From: Pelagomonas calceolata
Lineage: Eukaryota
Direction of reading: 5' to 3'
Assembly: GCA_918797485.1 (NCBI GenBank)
Contig: CAKKNE010000003.1
Span: 5,146,001-5,210,000 of the forward strand
DNA: 64,000 nt
In this document: positions 53,542-64,000 of the stretch, in pieces
Numbering within the stretch: the stretch's first letter is position 1
How the letters are laid out: each line of letters opens with the position of its first letter
Made by a program: the position numbers and the translations under genes
Notes under the pieces: model-generated
Told to the model about the DNA's origin: nothing
The model's input: only the letters and a program-made list of their open reading frames with translations
Database searches by the model: none

Positions 53542-53899
53542 TGACCCTGCTCCAGAACTGGCCATCGCAATAATTGCACTCCCAGCCCTGGATTTTTACC
53601 GTGAGGCCGCCCTCCTTTTCGACCACTTTGTGCGCTGCCGTCGTATGTTTGTCCCACGCGGCGTCCGCCTTCGGCATATTGAACGCAGGGGCAGCTCTTT
53701 ACTGGCCGCCGCTCCCTGTCCCATTGATTGTCATGATTGATTTTGAGTCTAGTGTCTATCATCTAGGGCATCGGGGGAGAGGGCGGCTTTTGGCGGCGTT
53801 TAAAGTACCGGGTTATTGACCGGGTTATTTACCCCAGATCCCCTCCGAGGAGTAATAATAGGTAAATTACCGGTTATTAACCGGTTAATGCCAACCTAG
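53542..53899 (-). mobile_element. 5' end of a hAT-like parent of MITE family C with a BED-finger-like ORF start
   Basis: Terminal ~90 bp match the family C 5' end; ORF MPKADAAWDKHT...WECNYCDGQF. Confidence 0.65.
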
Positions 53900-54330
53900 T
53901 TCTGGGGTCAAGAGGCTTGGGTTTTTAACTTTAAAGTTTGTTGAACCCGGGCCTTTCCCCCCCCCGCCCGGGTGGTGAAACGGGTTTTATTGAAACGATA
54001 GGCTTAGTAGGATTTGGACCGGCGTGACGCGCGCCCGGGCCGGCGCGCGGCGGCCTCAGGCTCGCCAGGCTGCGGGAGCTCAGCCCCAGGGCTGTAAACT
54101 TGAAGAGATCAAAGCCGCGCCCAGGACGCCTCCTGTCTATAGGAATCCGGCCCAGCCAGACCTTTCTAGGGTCCCTCCTCCTACCAAGGCAGAGGTACCG
54201 TACCTACGCCTCTGCCTCGCGATGCGTCCTGCCTCGCGCCGGCCGGACAAATAATATCATCAGTTGCGGCACAGCTCGCTCGCGGTCCTCTATAAAAAAC
54301 CAACAAACCGCGCCGGCCAAATAATAACAC

Positions 54331-56439
54331 ATGGCGGCGAAATTCGGCGTCAAGAACCGGGCGCCGGCGGCGATCCAGATCACCGCGGAGCAGCTGCTGC
54401 GCGAGGCGCACGACCGCGGCGGCGGGTCGGCGTCGGGCCACGCGCGGCGCCAGCGGTCGCAGATCACGGACCCCGACGAGCTGCGCGAGTACCGCATGAC
54501 GCAGCGCAAGGGCTTCGAGGACGCGATCCGCATGAACCGCGTGCACCTCGGCAACTACGTCAAGTACGCCAAGTGGGAGGAGGCGCAGGAGGCGTTCGAG
54601 CGCGCGCGGAGCGTCTTCGAGCGCGCGCTCGACGTCGACCACCGGTCGCAGTCGCTCTGGCTCAAGTACGCGGAGATGGAGATGCGGAACAAGTTCGTGA
54701 ACCACGCGCGCAACGTCTGGGACCGCGCGACGGCGATCCTGCCGCGCGTCGACCAGTTCTGGTACAAGTACACGTTCATGGAGGAGATGGTCGAGAACCA
54801 CGCCGCGTGCCGCGCCGTCTTCGAGCGGTGGATGGCGTGGGAGCCCGACGACCGCGCGTGGCACGCGTACGCGGCGTTCGAGGAGCGGCGCGGCGACGCG
54901 CGGCGCGCGCGCGCCGTGCTCGAGCGCTTCGTCGCGTGCCACCCGCGCCTCCCGTCGTACCTGAAGTACGCGCGGTGGGAGGAGAGGCAGCAGCAGCCGA
55001 CGCTCGCGCGCGACGCCTACGAGCGCGCGCTCCGCGAGCTCGGGCAGTGGGAGTTCGAGGCCGGCGAGGAGGCCGCGCTCTACCGCGCGTTCGCGCGCTT
55101 CGAGGAGCGGCAGCGCGAGCACGGCCGCGCGCGCGCCATCCTCGTCCACGCGTGCGCGACGCTCGACCGCGACGCGCACGCGGACGTCCACGCCGACCTG
55201 CTCGCCTTCGAGAAGAAGCACGGCGCCGTCGACGCCGTCGAGCGGCAGGTCGCCGAGCAGCGGCGGAGCGACTACGAGGCGCGCGTGCGCGACCACCCGC
55301 GCGACTACGACGCGTGGTTCGACCTCCTCCGCCTCGAGGAGGCGCGCTTCCGCGCGACCGGCGACGCGGGGCGGTGCCGCGCCGCGTACGCGCGCGCGTG
55401 CGCCCAGGCGCCGCCGGTGGCGGAGAAGCGGTACTGGCGGCGCTACGTCTACCTGTGGCTGGGCCGCGCCGCGTTCGAGGAGGTCGACGTGGGCGACGTC
55501 GCCGCGGCTCGCGCGGCGCTCCGGGCCGCGCTCGACGTCGTCCCCCACGCGGCGTTCACGTTCGCCAAGCTCTGGCTCGCGGCGGCGGACCTCGAGGTCC
55601 GCGCGAAGGACCTCGGCGCCGCGCGCCGGCTCCTGGGCGAGGCGCTCGGCCGCTGCCGGCGCCACGCCAAGGCGAAGCTGTACCGCGGCTACGCGAGCCT
55701 GGAACGGCGCCTCGGCGAGGTGGACCGGTGCCGCCGCGTCTACGGCGCGTGGGTCGAGGCGGCGCCGGCGCGCGCGGCCGCGTGGACCGCGCTCGCCGAC
55801 CTCGAGCGCGCCGTCGGCGAGACGTCGCGCGCGCGCGCGGTCCTCGAGCTCGCGGTGGCGCGGCCCGACCTCGACCGGCCCGAGGCGGCGTGGAAGAGCT
55901 ACGTCGACCTCGAGACGCGCCTCGAGGCGCACCCCGAGGAGGACGACGCCGCCGACGCCGGCGGCGCGGGGGAAAACGCCGTCGCGGCGCTCTACGAGCG
56001 GCTCCTCGAGCGCACGCGCCACGTCAAGGTCTGGCTGGCGTACGCGTCGTACGAGGCCGCGGCGCCGGGCGAGGCGGCGCCGCGGCGCGCGAACGCGCGG
56101 CGCGTCTACGAGCGAGCGCACGACGCGCTGCGCGACGCCGCCGACGACGACCGCGTCGCGCTCCTCGACGCGTGGCGCGCCTTTGAGGCCGCCGCGGCGC
56201 GCGCCGGCGACGCGCCGGCGCACCTCGACGCCGTGGAGGCCAAGCTCCCGCGCAAGGTCAAGCGCAAGCGCCCGCGCGCCGACGACCCCGACGCGTCGGA
56301 AGAGTACTACGCCTTCGTCTTCCCCGACGACGCGCGAAAGCCCGTCAACCTCAAGATCCTCGAGATGGCGAAGCAGTGGAAGCGCGCCGAGACGGCGCGC
56401 GCCGGCGGCGACTCGGCCGCGACGGGCGGGGCGACCTAA
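54331..56439 (+). CDS. CRNKL1: Crooked-neck/Clf1/SYF3 HAT-repeat splicing factor
   Basis: VKNRAPAAIQITAEQLLREA, ERARSVFERALDVDHR, HARNVWDRA, EKRYWRRYVYLW, FTFAKLW, EEYYAFVFPDD...LKILEMAKQWK. Confidence 0.96.
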   Translation: MAAKFGVKNRAPAAIQITAEQLLREAHDRGGGSASGHARRQRSQITDPDELREYRMTQRKGFEDAIRMNRVHLGNYVKYAKWEEAQEAFERARSVFERALDVDHRSQSLWLKYAEMEMRNKFVNHARNVWDRATAILPRVDQFWYKYTFMEEMVENHAACRAVFERWMAWEPDDRAWHAYAAFEERRGDARRARAVLERFVACHPRLPSYLKYARWEERQQQPTLARDAYERALRELGQWEFEAGEEAALYRAFARFEERQREHGRARAILVHACATLDRDAHADVHADLLAFEKKHGAVDAVERQVAEQRRSDYEARVRDHPRDYDAWFDLLRLEEARFRATGDAGRCRAAYARACAQAPPVAEKRYWRRYVYLWLGRAAFEEVDVGDVAAARAALRAALDVVPHAAFTFAKLWLAAADLEVRAKDLGAARRLLGEALGRCRRHAKAKLYRGYASLERRLGEVDRCRRVYGAWVEAAPARAAAWTALADLERAVGETSRARAVLELAVARPDLDRPEAAWKSYVDLETRLEAHPEEDDAADAGGAGENAVAALYERLLERTRHVKVWLAYASYEAAAPGEAAPRRANARRVYERAHDALRDAADDDRVALLDAWRAFEAAAARAGDAPAHLDAVEAKLPRKVKRKRPRADDPDASEEYYAFVFPDDARKPVNLKILEMAKQWKRAETARAGGDSAATGGAT

Positions 56440-56615
56440 CTTCAAGCAGCAGGATCGTAACGATCTCCACTAACGGCCCGGCCCGCCCGGGCGGGCTTCG
56501 ATGATGGGGAACTAGAAGCCGGGGATAACCTCATACCTTCAGGGGATTGCCAAAGACACGTCCAAAGACCCGTTTAGACGCACGAGCTTGTCACGGTATA
56601 AATACAAGGGGATAC

Positions 56616-56818
56616 TAGCAAGAGTATGTCGCAGCGTTATGTAAAGTAGCAGGGTGTTAGCTAACCAGCCGAGGGCTGGCTAGACCTGACTACGAGAGTG
56701 TTTTATAGTGAACTGTTGTTACACCGTAGTGCTTTTGACACTCGATGTATAGACTCAAATATTAGAGAGTGAGGGATACATATCTAGGGTAGGAAGGGCT
56801 AGTAGGTTTCTCTCTCTA
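56616..56818 (-). mobile_element. Solo LTR-like family A copy, 203 bp, with 5-bp TSD GATAC
   Basis: gatac|tagcaagag...ctctctcta|gatac. Confidence 0.85.
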
Positions 56819-56949
56819 GATACGTTACCGTAGGTACCGTAGGTATCATATCAGGTACCAGCTTGTACTACTGCGGTAAAGCTCATACGAATCGGAGTGG
56901 AAATCCGGCTCGGGGCTGCTAGCGCTGGTAGAGGTCGCCCTTTTTTTAG

Positions 56950-58029
56950 ATGACGGGCCGGTTCGGGGCTGCTCTCGCGCTCGTCACCGCGGCCGCGCGC
57001 CGCGACTGTCGCTGCGAGGACCTGGCGCTCGCGCGGCGCGCCCCGGTGCCGCGGCGCGTGGTCGTGCCGGCGGCGTTCGCGTCGCGGAACCTCTCGAGCC
57101 AGGTCGCGCTGCTCAAAGTGCCCGAGACGGGGTCGTCGACGGCGGCGAACGTCTTCGCCGAGCTCGCCGCGAAGTTCAAGCGGCCGGCCTGGGTGTCGAT
57201 GCGGCCCGGCGAGTTCGAGCGCGTCGTCGCGGCGCCGGCGCGGACCGCGCCGAAGTGGGCGCTCGGCCACCGCGGCTGGGGGCCGTGGCTCCGCGACCAC
57301 TTCGACGAGCGTGTCGTTGATCTCGCAACGACGGCGCGCGCGCCCGCGGCCCGCCTCGCGTCGAGCGCCGAGAAGCGGCTCCTGCGCGGCGAGCCCGCCG
57401 ACTGCGAGCGGGGCGCCGGCGTCGCGCTCAAGTTCTGGGGCGTCGACGCACAAAAGGGCCCGGCGGCCGGCGCGCGCCACTTCCTCAAGGTCTTCGACGA
57501 CGTCGTCGTCACCGAGCGCTACAACGAGTCGCTCGTCGCGCTCGCGCTCCGCCGCCGCCTCCAGCTCGGCGACGTCCTCCCGCCGCTCGCCAAGTACCAC
57601 GGTGGCGGCGGGCGCGCGGGGGCGGCGGCGCGGACGCCGACGCGAGCCGAGGCGGTGCGGCGCTGCGCGGCGACGGCGCGCAGCGGCTCCGCCGAGCTGG
57701 CCGTCGAGCGCGCGATCCACGCCGCCGCGTCGGCGCGGCTCGACGCGACGCTCGGCGAGCTCCGCGAACGCGGCGTCGACGTCGACGCGCTCCTCGCGGC
57801 CTTTGCCGAGCACCTCCACGCCGCCATGACGTCGGGCGCGCGCCACGTCGCCAAGGCGCTCGGGCGGCCGACGTCGCCGGCGACCGGTGCCGACACGCTC
57901 ATTATGAGCCTCTGCTTCCGCCGCTGCGCCATCGCGGCGCTCGATCGCGCGGTCGTGCTCGAGTATCCCGGACCCGAGGCGCCGCGCGCCGGGCGCGCCC
58001 GTGGCTGGCTCCGGCGCGGCGCCGACTAG
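56950..58029 (+). CDS. Galactose-3-O-sulfotransferase-like protein
   Basis: LLKVPETGSSTAANV, TTARAPAARLAS, FDDVVVTERYNESLVAL. Confidence 0.72.
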   Translation: MTGRFGAALALVTAAARRDCRCEDLALARRAPVPRRVVVPAAFASRNLSSQVALLKVPETGSSTAANVFAELAAKFKRPAWVSMRPGEFERVVAAPARTAPKWALGHRGWGPWLRDHFDERVVDLATTARAPAARLASSAEKRLLRGEPADCERGAGVALKFWGVDAQKGPAAGARHFLKVFDDVVVTERYNESLVALALRRRLQLGDVLPPLAKYHGGGGRAGAAARTPTRAEAVRRCAATARSGSAELAVERAIHAAASARLDATLGELRERGVDVDALLAAFAEHLHAAMTSGARHVAKALGRPTSPATGADTLIMSLCFRRCAIAALDRAVVLEYPGPEAPRAGRARGWLRRGAD

Positions 58030-58408
58030 AAGCTGCTACTAACAGGATCTACACCGAGAAGAATCAGGCCCTACTAGTAGACCGGCTCGACTGCCCACTG
58101 GCAAGTGTGGGCCCCAACGAGTTCCGCGGTGCAGCCGGGCAGCCGGGGCACGGCGACCATCTCGGCGGCCCATTGAGTACTATGGGCTGACCCGATGCAT
58201 TTTGCGTCGCGCCGGCGTTGAAATGCCGAGGAATCTGATTGGTCACTGACACGGTGGCGAGAGCCTTGGAGATGCCAGGTCACATCCGCCCTCGCCGGGA
58301 ATTTTTGAAGTGATTCGAGCTTGGTTTCGGGCCGGGATCTCGGATCTCCCTACTAGTAGTCATCTCGCCAACGCACCGAGTTGGAGCTAAATTTAAATAC
58401 TACTAAAC

Positions 58409-59616
58409 TCAGCTGGCGATACTCACCTTGGGTACGGTGCGGGCGGCCTCGGAGCCGAGACCGTCCCAGGCAAACCCCGGTACGTAATCGACGCGCAGGA
58501 GGCTCGGATCCCAGACGGCACGGAGCGAGGCGCAAAACGAGCCCGGCGGTGTCGCGCGGCCGGCGGCTGCGGCGACGCCGGAAAAGAAGGTTCGCTCGTC
58601 GCGCGCCGAGATGTCGCTGCCCCAGGATTGGATCGACGTGTGCGTGTTGATCTCACCGCGGGTCACGAGGCCCTCGAAGGGCGTCCCGTTGTACGTGAAG
58701 CGACAGGAGCCGTGAGACTGGAGCTCCTTGGAGACCTGCCACTGGTCCGTCTGCAGCGTGATGAGCGTCTCGTCGCAGGCGATGCCAAGGATGCGCGCCG
58801 CCGCCGCGCGCGGTATGATGAGACCCGCGTCGTTTCTGCCGAGGCGATAAGACGCGTACTTCCGCGCTGCGTGCTCGGGCCGCTCGAGCCGGAGCACGAG
58901 CGCCTCGAGCGCCCGGCCAAAATCGTCGCCGATTTCTACCTGTGTAGTAATCTAAATTTCACGGCGCGTTGTTTCCTCCACGCCATCGACGCGACACCAG
59001 CACGGCCGCGTCGTCGCCGAGAAATGACTTAGAGTGAAGAATGATCGGGTGCACCCGACACACCGGTTGATTTCCACACAGTCCGCGAACGTCGTCGTTG
59101 AGCAGCATGCCGTAGTCGGCGTCGGCCACCAGGACTTGGACCAGGAACCGAAGGTACGTGAGGAACCACGCGATCTGGCCGTAGCTCAGCCGCCACTCGC
59201 ACCGGAGGCCGAGCGCGTCGTAGTGCCGGACCATGTCCGCTAGCGGGCGAGCCTTTGACGTCGCGTTCAGCACGCGCAGATAGGGGTGCGCGCGGCGCTG
59301 CGCCTGGACCCAGGCGTTGCGCTCGACGTGCGATCGGAGCGTCGCGACGGACCACAGCATGCGCCCGCGCCGCCGACACGCGTGATCGCCTCGAAGTCGG
59401 CCTCGTCAAAGTCCAGGCGTCGCGCCCACTCGGTCTGGAGCGCCGGCGTCGTGCGGTAGCTGGCGCCGCCCATGCTCTTGGCGACCGCGAGCCCGCATTC
59501 GACGATGCGACTCTCCGCAAAATGTCCATCAACCAAGTCGCCTTCGTGGACCCCGGGATCGGCGGCGCCGCGCCCACCGACGCGACGACGACCAGCGCGC
59601 ACGACAGCCGCAGCAT
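58409..59616 (-). CDS. Glycosyltransferase family 25-like protein; introner-like intron 58940-59090; 5' exons unresolved
   Basis: LSYGQIAWFLTY...MLLNDD|VEIGDDF...GLIIPRAAAARIL...TDQW. The 5' part needs two frame changes I could not explain. Confidence 0.55.
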
Positions 59617-60003
59617 CTTGTGTGTGTGGGGCTGCCAACAATCGAACGAGGCGCCGCTTACCGTAGGTACTGCTGGTACCATGGTACGATTACCGTGGTG
59701 GCAGTATACCGAGGTACGAGCTTGTAGTACTATTGCGGTAGTGACCCCTAGTGGTCACGGTGCCCCCGGCGACCGCCAGATCACAATAATAGCTGCATGG
59801 TGCATTTACTACATTCCCAGGCTGCACATACCAATACATACCAACTCAAAGACTAATCATAGAGAATATCGCGGAACTGAAGCCTATGCGCTAGCGAGGC
59901 TCGGTGCGCAGGGCTCCGGAGGTGAGGTTTGGTCCTCAGAACTACTTTAGACACTCAGAACCTGCAGAGACGTCCCTCTCGATCTTAACTTCATTGCAAA
60001 GTC

Positions 60004-60616
60004 ATGCCGAAGTTCCTCGCATTCACCCTCTTTTCGGTCGCGGCGGCGATGTCCCCAAAGGCGCTCGCGGCGAGGCGCTGCGTCCTATCTTTGGGGCAGG
60101 CACCCTTTCACTCGGTGCCAACAACTTCAATCGGCTCCGGGTAAACGTTCCCGCTCGCAGCGGGGGGCGAGGGCACGGGGGGGGCTGTCGGGGCAGGAGA
60201 GAGGGCGGACCGCGCCTGACGCCCCCGGCCACGCACGCGCACCGTCGCAGGTTCGCGGCGGCGGTGCCGTCGGTCCCATCACCGAGGACTTTGGCATGGG
60301 TCTGAGTCGCACGCTCGCTGGCGTTTCGATCGGTTCTGCTGTTCTTGAGAAGTACGCCGGCGCGGCCTCGACGACGCTCTCGTCGGCAGTCAGCGGCGAC
60401 GTCTTCACGACGAACGCCGCCATCGTCTTTGCGTCGTACGTGACGGGCATCATCGCCGGCGACCACTTCAAGGCCGTCGACGTCGCCGCGTCGCTCTGGA
60501 TTGCGTCTGTTGTCCTCAAGCTCAAAGACGCCGGCGTCGACGCGGACTCGATCCAGAGCAACATCGTCAACATCGCCGTCGCCGCGGTCATGGGTGTCGT
60601 CGCCTTTACCGATTAG
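60004..60616 (+). CDS. Small hydrophobic protein with signal-like start; probable intron 60141-60250
   Basis: MPKFLAFTLFSVAAA; exon 2 reads VRGGGAVGP...hydrophobic helices to the stop at 60616. Exon 1 framing has an unresolved shift. Confidence 0.45.
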
Positions 60617-60875
60617 GCTCCGCGGCGGACCCCCCGAGCCGGCGCGCCGCCCTCAAGCTACGCCCCCCCCCCCGGTGCCCGCTCGCGGGGCCCTCGCCCC
60701 GTGTTAACGAATGATGCGAGCCTGAGACATACTCGAGTTCCCTTAGAGAGTTCCCTGTGAAGCTGGGTGTGTACGCTAGCTGGCTCGCAGCTTTCCTGGA
60801 ACCTTGAGCCTTGCGGCTAGTTCTAGAACTTGATACCGAACCGTGACTTGATTTGCCAGTGTACTGAGTCCGTGC

Positions 60876-61255
60876 TAGGTTGCCACTTACCTGTTAATTA
60901 CCCGTTATTAACCTATAATTACCCCTCGGAGGGGGTCCGGGGTTAATAACCCGCTCAATAACCCGACAGGTTTCGACTAAACCCGTGTGAGATTAGCGAA
61001 AGACCCTCCGGGCGAGCGGATGGGCGCAAGCAGCCTGTTGAGCTTTTGGATACGTACAGGTGCGCCAAGGCAAGTACCAAGTCATGTGGCCCGGCGCGGC
61101 CCAGGCCCGCGCCAGTGGCCCGTGAGGCCCCCTCCCCCGGGCCTACCCCTCTATAAGATCCTGGGGTTAATAACCCGTACTAACGGGTAATTACCCGGGT
61201 TACTGACCCCGGGCCGCGATTGGGGTTAATAACCCCTGGGGTAAGTGGCAACCTA
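60876..61255 (+). mobile_element. hAT-like MITE family C copy
   Basis: taggttgcca...tggcaaccta; internal sequence nearly identical to 45864-46249. Confidence 0.85.
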
Positions 61256-61470
61256 GGTAGTACGGTACTAGTACTAGTAGTACTAGAAACTTGAAGTTAT
61301 TATGAAGTTATTATTTATTTATTTATTGGCGGAACAGGGGCTCTGCGGACACTGGCAAATTCTAACTCGGTGTTTGGTGAATGTAGCCCCTTGTCGGCAC
61401 TGCTGCATTGCGGGCTTCAATTGGCATTGCGAGGGACGCACATAAACACCACGGCGCGGGACGATCGTGA

Positions 61471-63489
61471 TCACTCCCACGCGCCATCGTCGTCGTTGTT
61501 TGTGTCCGCTTCCGAAGGCTCCGAATCCTGCTCGTCGTCGTCGTCGTCGCCGTCGGTCGTCGCCCCCCAACTTGCCTCGTCAACGGCTCGTTCTTCCTTC
61601 AGATTTTCCGCGACAATATGGGCGGCCTCCGCTTCATTTTCAGCCTCCTCGGTCTCGGCGCCAGCGGCGCGTTCCGCCTCGGTGCGCTCTGCCTCAGCCT
61701 TGGCGACGCGGCGTTCCTCGGCCGCTCTTCGCTCTGCCTCGGCGCGTTCAGCTTCCAATCGTTCAGCTTCGAGACGGGTTGCCTCCTCGGTGGCGAGTCG
61801 TTCGGTCTCCAAACGCTTGGTTTCGTTGGCAACGTGCCGTGCGGCGGCTTCGCGAGCTTTGGCCTCGGCGAGCCGCTTCGCCCCTTCTTTCGCCGCAGCT
61901 ACGTGTTCCGCTTCGACGCGCTTGGCTTCCAGATGCTCCGTTTCGAGTCTCTTCGCCTCCCGCCGGTCTGCTTCTAAACGCCCAGCCTCAAGCCGGGCCC
62001 CTTCGGCAGCGGCGCGCTCGGCCTGCTCGGCAGCGTTGCGCTCGACCTCTGCCCGCTCGGCAGCGATGCGGGCCAATTTCTCTGCCTCTTTTGCAGCGAT
62101 AGCATTGGACTTGGCTAGTTCTGTGGCGGCGATATCCTCTGACCGCGACGGTTTTGCGTTAAACGGCGGAATCTCGGCGATGGCCTCTGACCGCGACGGC
62201 TTTGCGTTAAACGGAGGAATCTCGGCGATGGCATCCGGTCGCGACGCATTAAACGGAGGAATCTCGGCGATGGCCTCTGATCGCGACGGCTTTGCATTAA
62301 ACGGCGGAATCTCGGCGATGGCCTCTGATCGCGACGGCTTTGCGTTAAACGGAGGAATCTCGGCGATGGCCTCTGATCGCGATGGCTTTGCATTAAACGG
62401 AGGAATCTCGGCAATAGCCCTCGGTCGCAACGCATTAAACGGAGGAATCTCGGCGACGGCCTCTGACCGCGACGGCTTTGCATTAAACGGTGGCGTTGCG
62501 GCGATGGCCTCCGGTCGCGACGCATTAAACGGCGGAATCTCGGCGACGGCCTCCGGTTGCACAGACACCGCTGGGCTCGCCGTCTGGCCGCCTTGGGGCC
62601 GGAGGTCCTCGGCCACAGCCACGCGCGTCGGCCGCCGACTGCCAGTCGCCTCGTCTTGATCGTCGCGTCCGATGCCGGCGCGCGCTCGTCGAAACTCTGC
62701 GTCGAGTCGCCGCTTCTTGGCCTCCGCCGCGCGCGTGCGTTTCGCGCGGACACGCTCGTCTTTTTTCTTCTTCTTGGCGTCTCGGAGCGAGACAAGACGC
62801 GCGGCTTCGCGCGCAGCGTCGCCCGCCAAGGCACAGTCGCTTCGCTGCGCGTTGTCGTCGCGCCGCCGCCGAGCCGCAGAGACAGGTCGAGCGGGCATGC
62901 CTCTGCCGCCATACGCCGCCTCGACGCGAGCGTCCCGTGCGCGAGGCGGCAACTTCGCCTGCGCGCGCCGCCCCGACGAAGCGGCGCCTGACGCCGGTGG
63001 TGACGCGCTGCCGCAGGCGAACCGGAGCAGGCGTGCCGCCTCGGCGTACGCGCGCTCGACGCGAGCGGTCTCGGCGGCGACGTCCGCGTCACGGAGCGTG
63101 CCTTCGAGTCCCACGCGCGCGGTCGCTTGCCGACGGAGCCGTCGCTCGACCGCCGCGACCCGGCCGTGCGCGCCGGCCAGCGCCTCGACGGCGACGCGCC
63201 GATTTTCTGCGGAGCCCCCCATTTGAGCTGGGGGGGCAGCGGCGGAGGTGCGCGCGATCGCGCCGCGGCGGCACCTGTTCAGATCGTTCACGACGAGCTC
63301 GAGTTCCCGCGTGCGCAGCTCGAGGTTCGCCTCGAAGGCGCGTTTCACCTTGCGTAGACGCGCGTGCTCGCGCCGCTGCTCCTCGAGCGCGTCGCGCGCC
63401 TCCGCGAGGCGCAGTCGGAGTTCGTCCGCAGCCTCGGCGGCCGACCTGGCCGGGGCCCAGCAGGCCCGCGCCCGGAATGGAGGCGCCAT
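61471..63489 (-). CDS. Coiled-coil/low-complexity protein with nine tandem EAIAEIPPFNA(KP)SRS repeats
   Basis: 672-aa ATG-started ORF; N-terminal heptad-like region, 48/42-bp repeats at ~62135-62555, and an E/A/R-rich helical tail. Confidence 0.6.
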   Translation of the reverse strand: MAPPFRARACWAPARSAAEAADELRLRLAEARDALEEQRREHARLRKVKRAFEANLELRTRELELVVNDLNRCRRGAIARTSAAAPPAQMGGSAENRRVAVEALAGAHGRVAAVERRLRRQATARVGLEGTLRDADVAAETARVERAYAEAARLLRFACGSASPPASGAASSGRRAQAKLPPRARDARVEAAYGGRGMPARPVSAARRRRDDNAQRSDCALAGDAAREAARLVSLRDAKKKKKDERVRAKRTRAAEAKKRRLDAEFRRARAGIGRDDQDEATGSRRPTRVAVAEDLRPQGGQTASPAVSVQPEAVAEIPPFNASRPEAIAATPPFNAKPSRSEAVAEIPPFNALRPRAIAEIPPFNAKPSRSEAIAEIPPFNAKPSRSEAIAEIPPFNAKPSRSEAIAEIPPFNASRPDAIAEIPPFNAKPSRSEAIAEIPPFNAKPSRSEDIAATELAKSNAIAAKEAEKLARIAAERAEVERNAAEQAERAAAEGARLEAGRLEADRREAKRLETEHLEAKRVEAEHVAAAKEGAKRLAEAKAREAAARHVANETKRLETERLATEEATRLEAERLEAERAEAERRAAEERRVAKAEAERTEAERAAGAETEEAENEAEAAHIVAENLKEERAVDEASWGATTDGDDDDDEQDSEPSEADTNNDDDGAWE

Positions 63490-64000
63490 GCTGCCCTTAT
63501 CACTGCCGCATGAGTCGAAAACCCGCTTTTGAATTGGCGTGCCACGCGCCTCAAAGTCTTAATGGTCCCTCTGGTGCATGGTACCACATGGGGGGTAAAC
63601 ATGGGGTGGGTACCAGGCTATGTTTACCCCGCAGATGTATGTCCGGTTTTGGTGTTTTAGAGGCGGGTGCCAGTGCGACCCAGCGGGTGCACCGCCACCA
63701 GCACCGCCCCGGGGGCCGAGGCACGCCCCCATGACGGCCTCGCATGCCAAGTTTCAGCGGCAACGGTGCTCGGGAAGGGCAGCCACGGTCGGCGGTTCCA
63801 TTCGACGATCGACGCCCCGCGGCCCCCTCTCGGCGAATTTGTCACTAATCGCGGCACAGGGTCTCAGGATAGGATTCGGAGGAACTTTGCTATGGGCGGG
63901 TGACAAATTAGCTGAGTAGATTTTCATCCATTCGTTCCCGAACACGGTCGCGAACGGGGGCACTACGGCTCACTTCCCGGCGGTTTTCGCTGGAACCAAA

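Noticed and set aside
13034..56439. Cluster of splicing-factor genes (LUC7, CWC2, CRNKL1)
   Set aside because: They are 14-25 kb apart among unrelated genes, which is compatible with chance.
1..64000. tRNA, rRNA or snRNA genes
   Set aside because: None recognised by eye; a covariance-model scan would be needed to exclude them.
63500..64000. Short ORFs at the window end
   Set aside because: No recognisable motifs or coding signal; the context is truncated.

Overview
Eukaryotic, very GC-rich genomic DNA with short GT-AG and GC-AG introns, separated by lower-GC, transposon-rich spacers. The intron structure and gene content suggest a pelagophyte-type stramenopile alga (inference). About 25 host genes are supported, including an NCKX exchanger, SDR, mitochondrial carrier, CFAP70-like protein, LUC7, MYB plus an inverted decayed paralog, beta-carbonic anhydrase, methyltransferase, otubain, DUF285 repeat protein, ABC1K, prefoldin 4, Cwc2, a kinase/PPase-like fusion, GT8, Erv1, Yip1, crooked-neck, several sulfotransferase-like genes and a GT25-like gene. 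Main findings: (1) an apparently intact, intron-containing mariner-type transposon (21353-23631, DD47D) sits inside TA-(CC/GG/CCG/CGG) arrays that read as stacked excision footprints and recur just upstream of many genes; (2) a 7.5-kb TIR element (28496-36025) with 28-bp covarying terminal palindromes and a 4-bp TSD carries a DUF285 gene rather than a transposase; (3) that gene appears to continue through ~276-bp tandem units, each an introner-like intron plus a 59-codon Cys exon; (4) introner-like introns, including two present in one MYB paralog and absent from the other; (5) an LTR-like family with TA..TA ends. All calls come from motif reading by eye; no searches were run.
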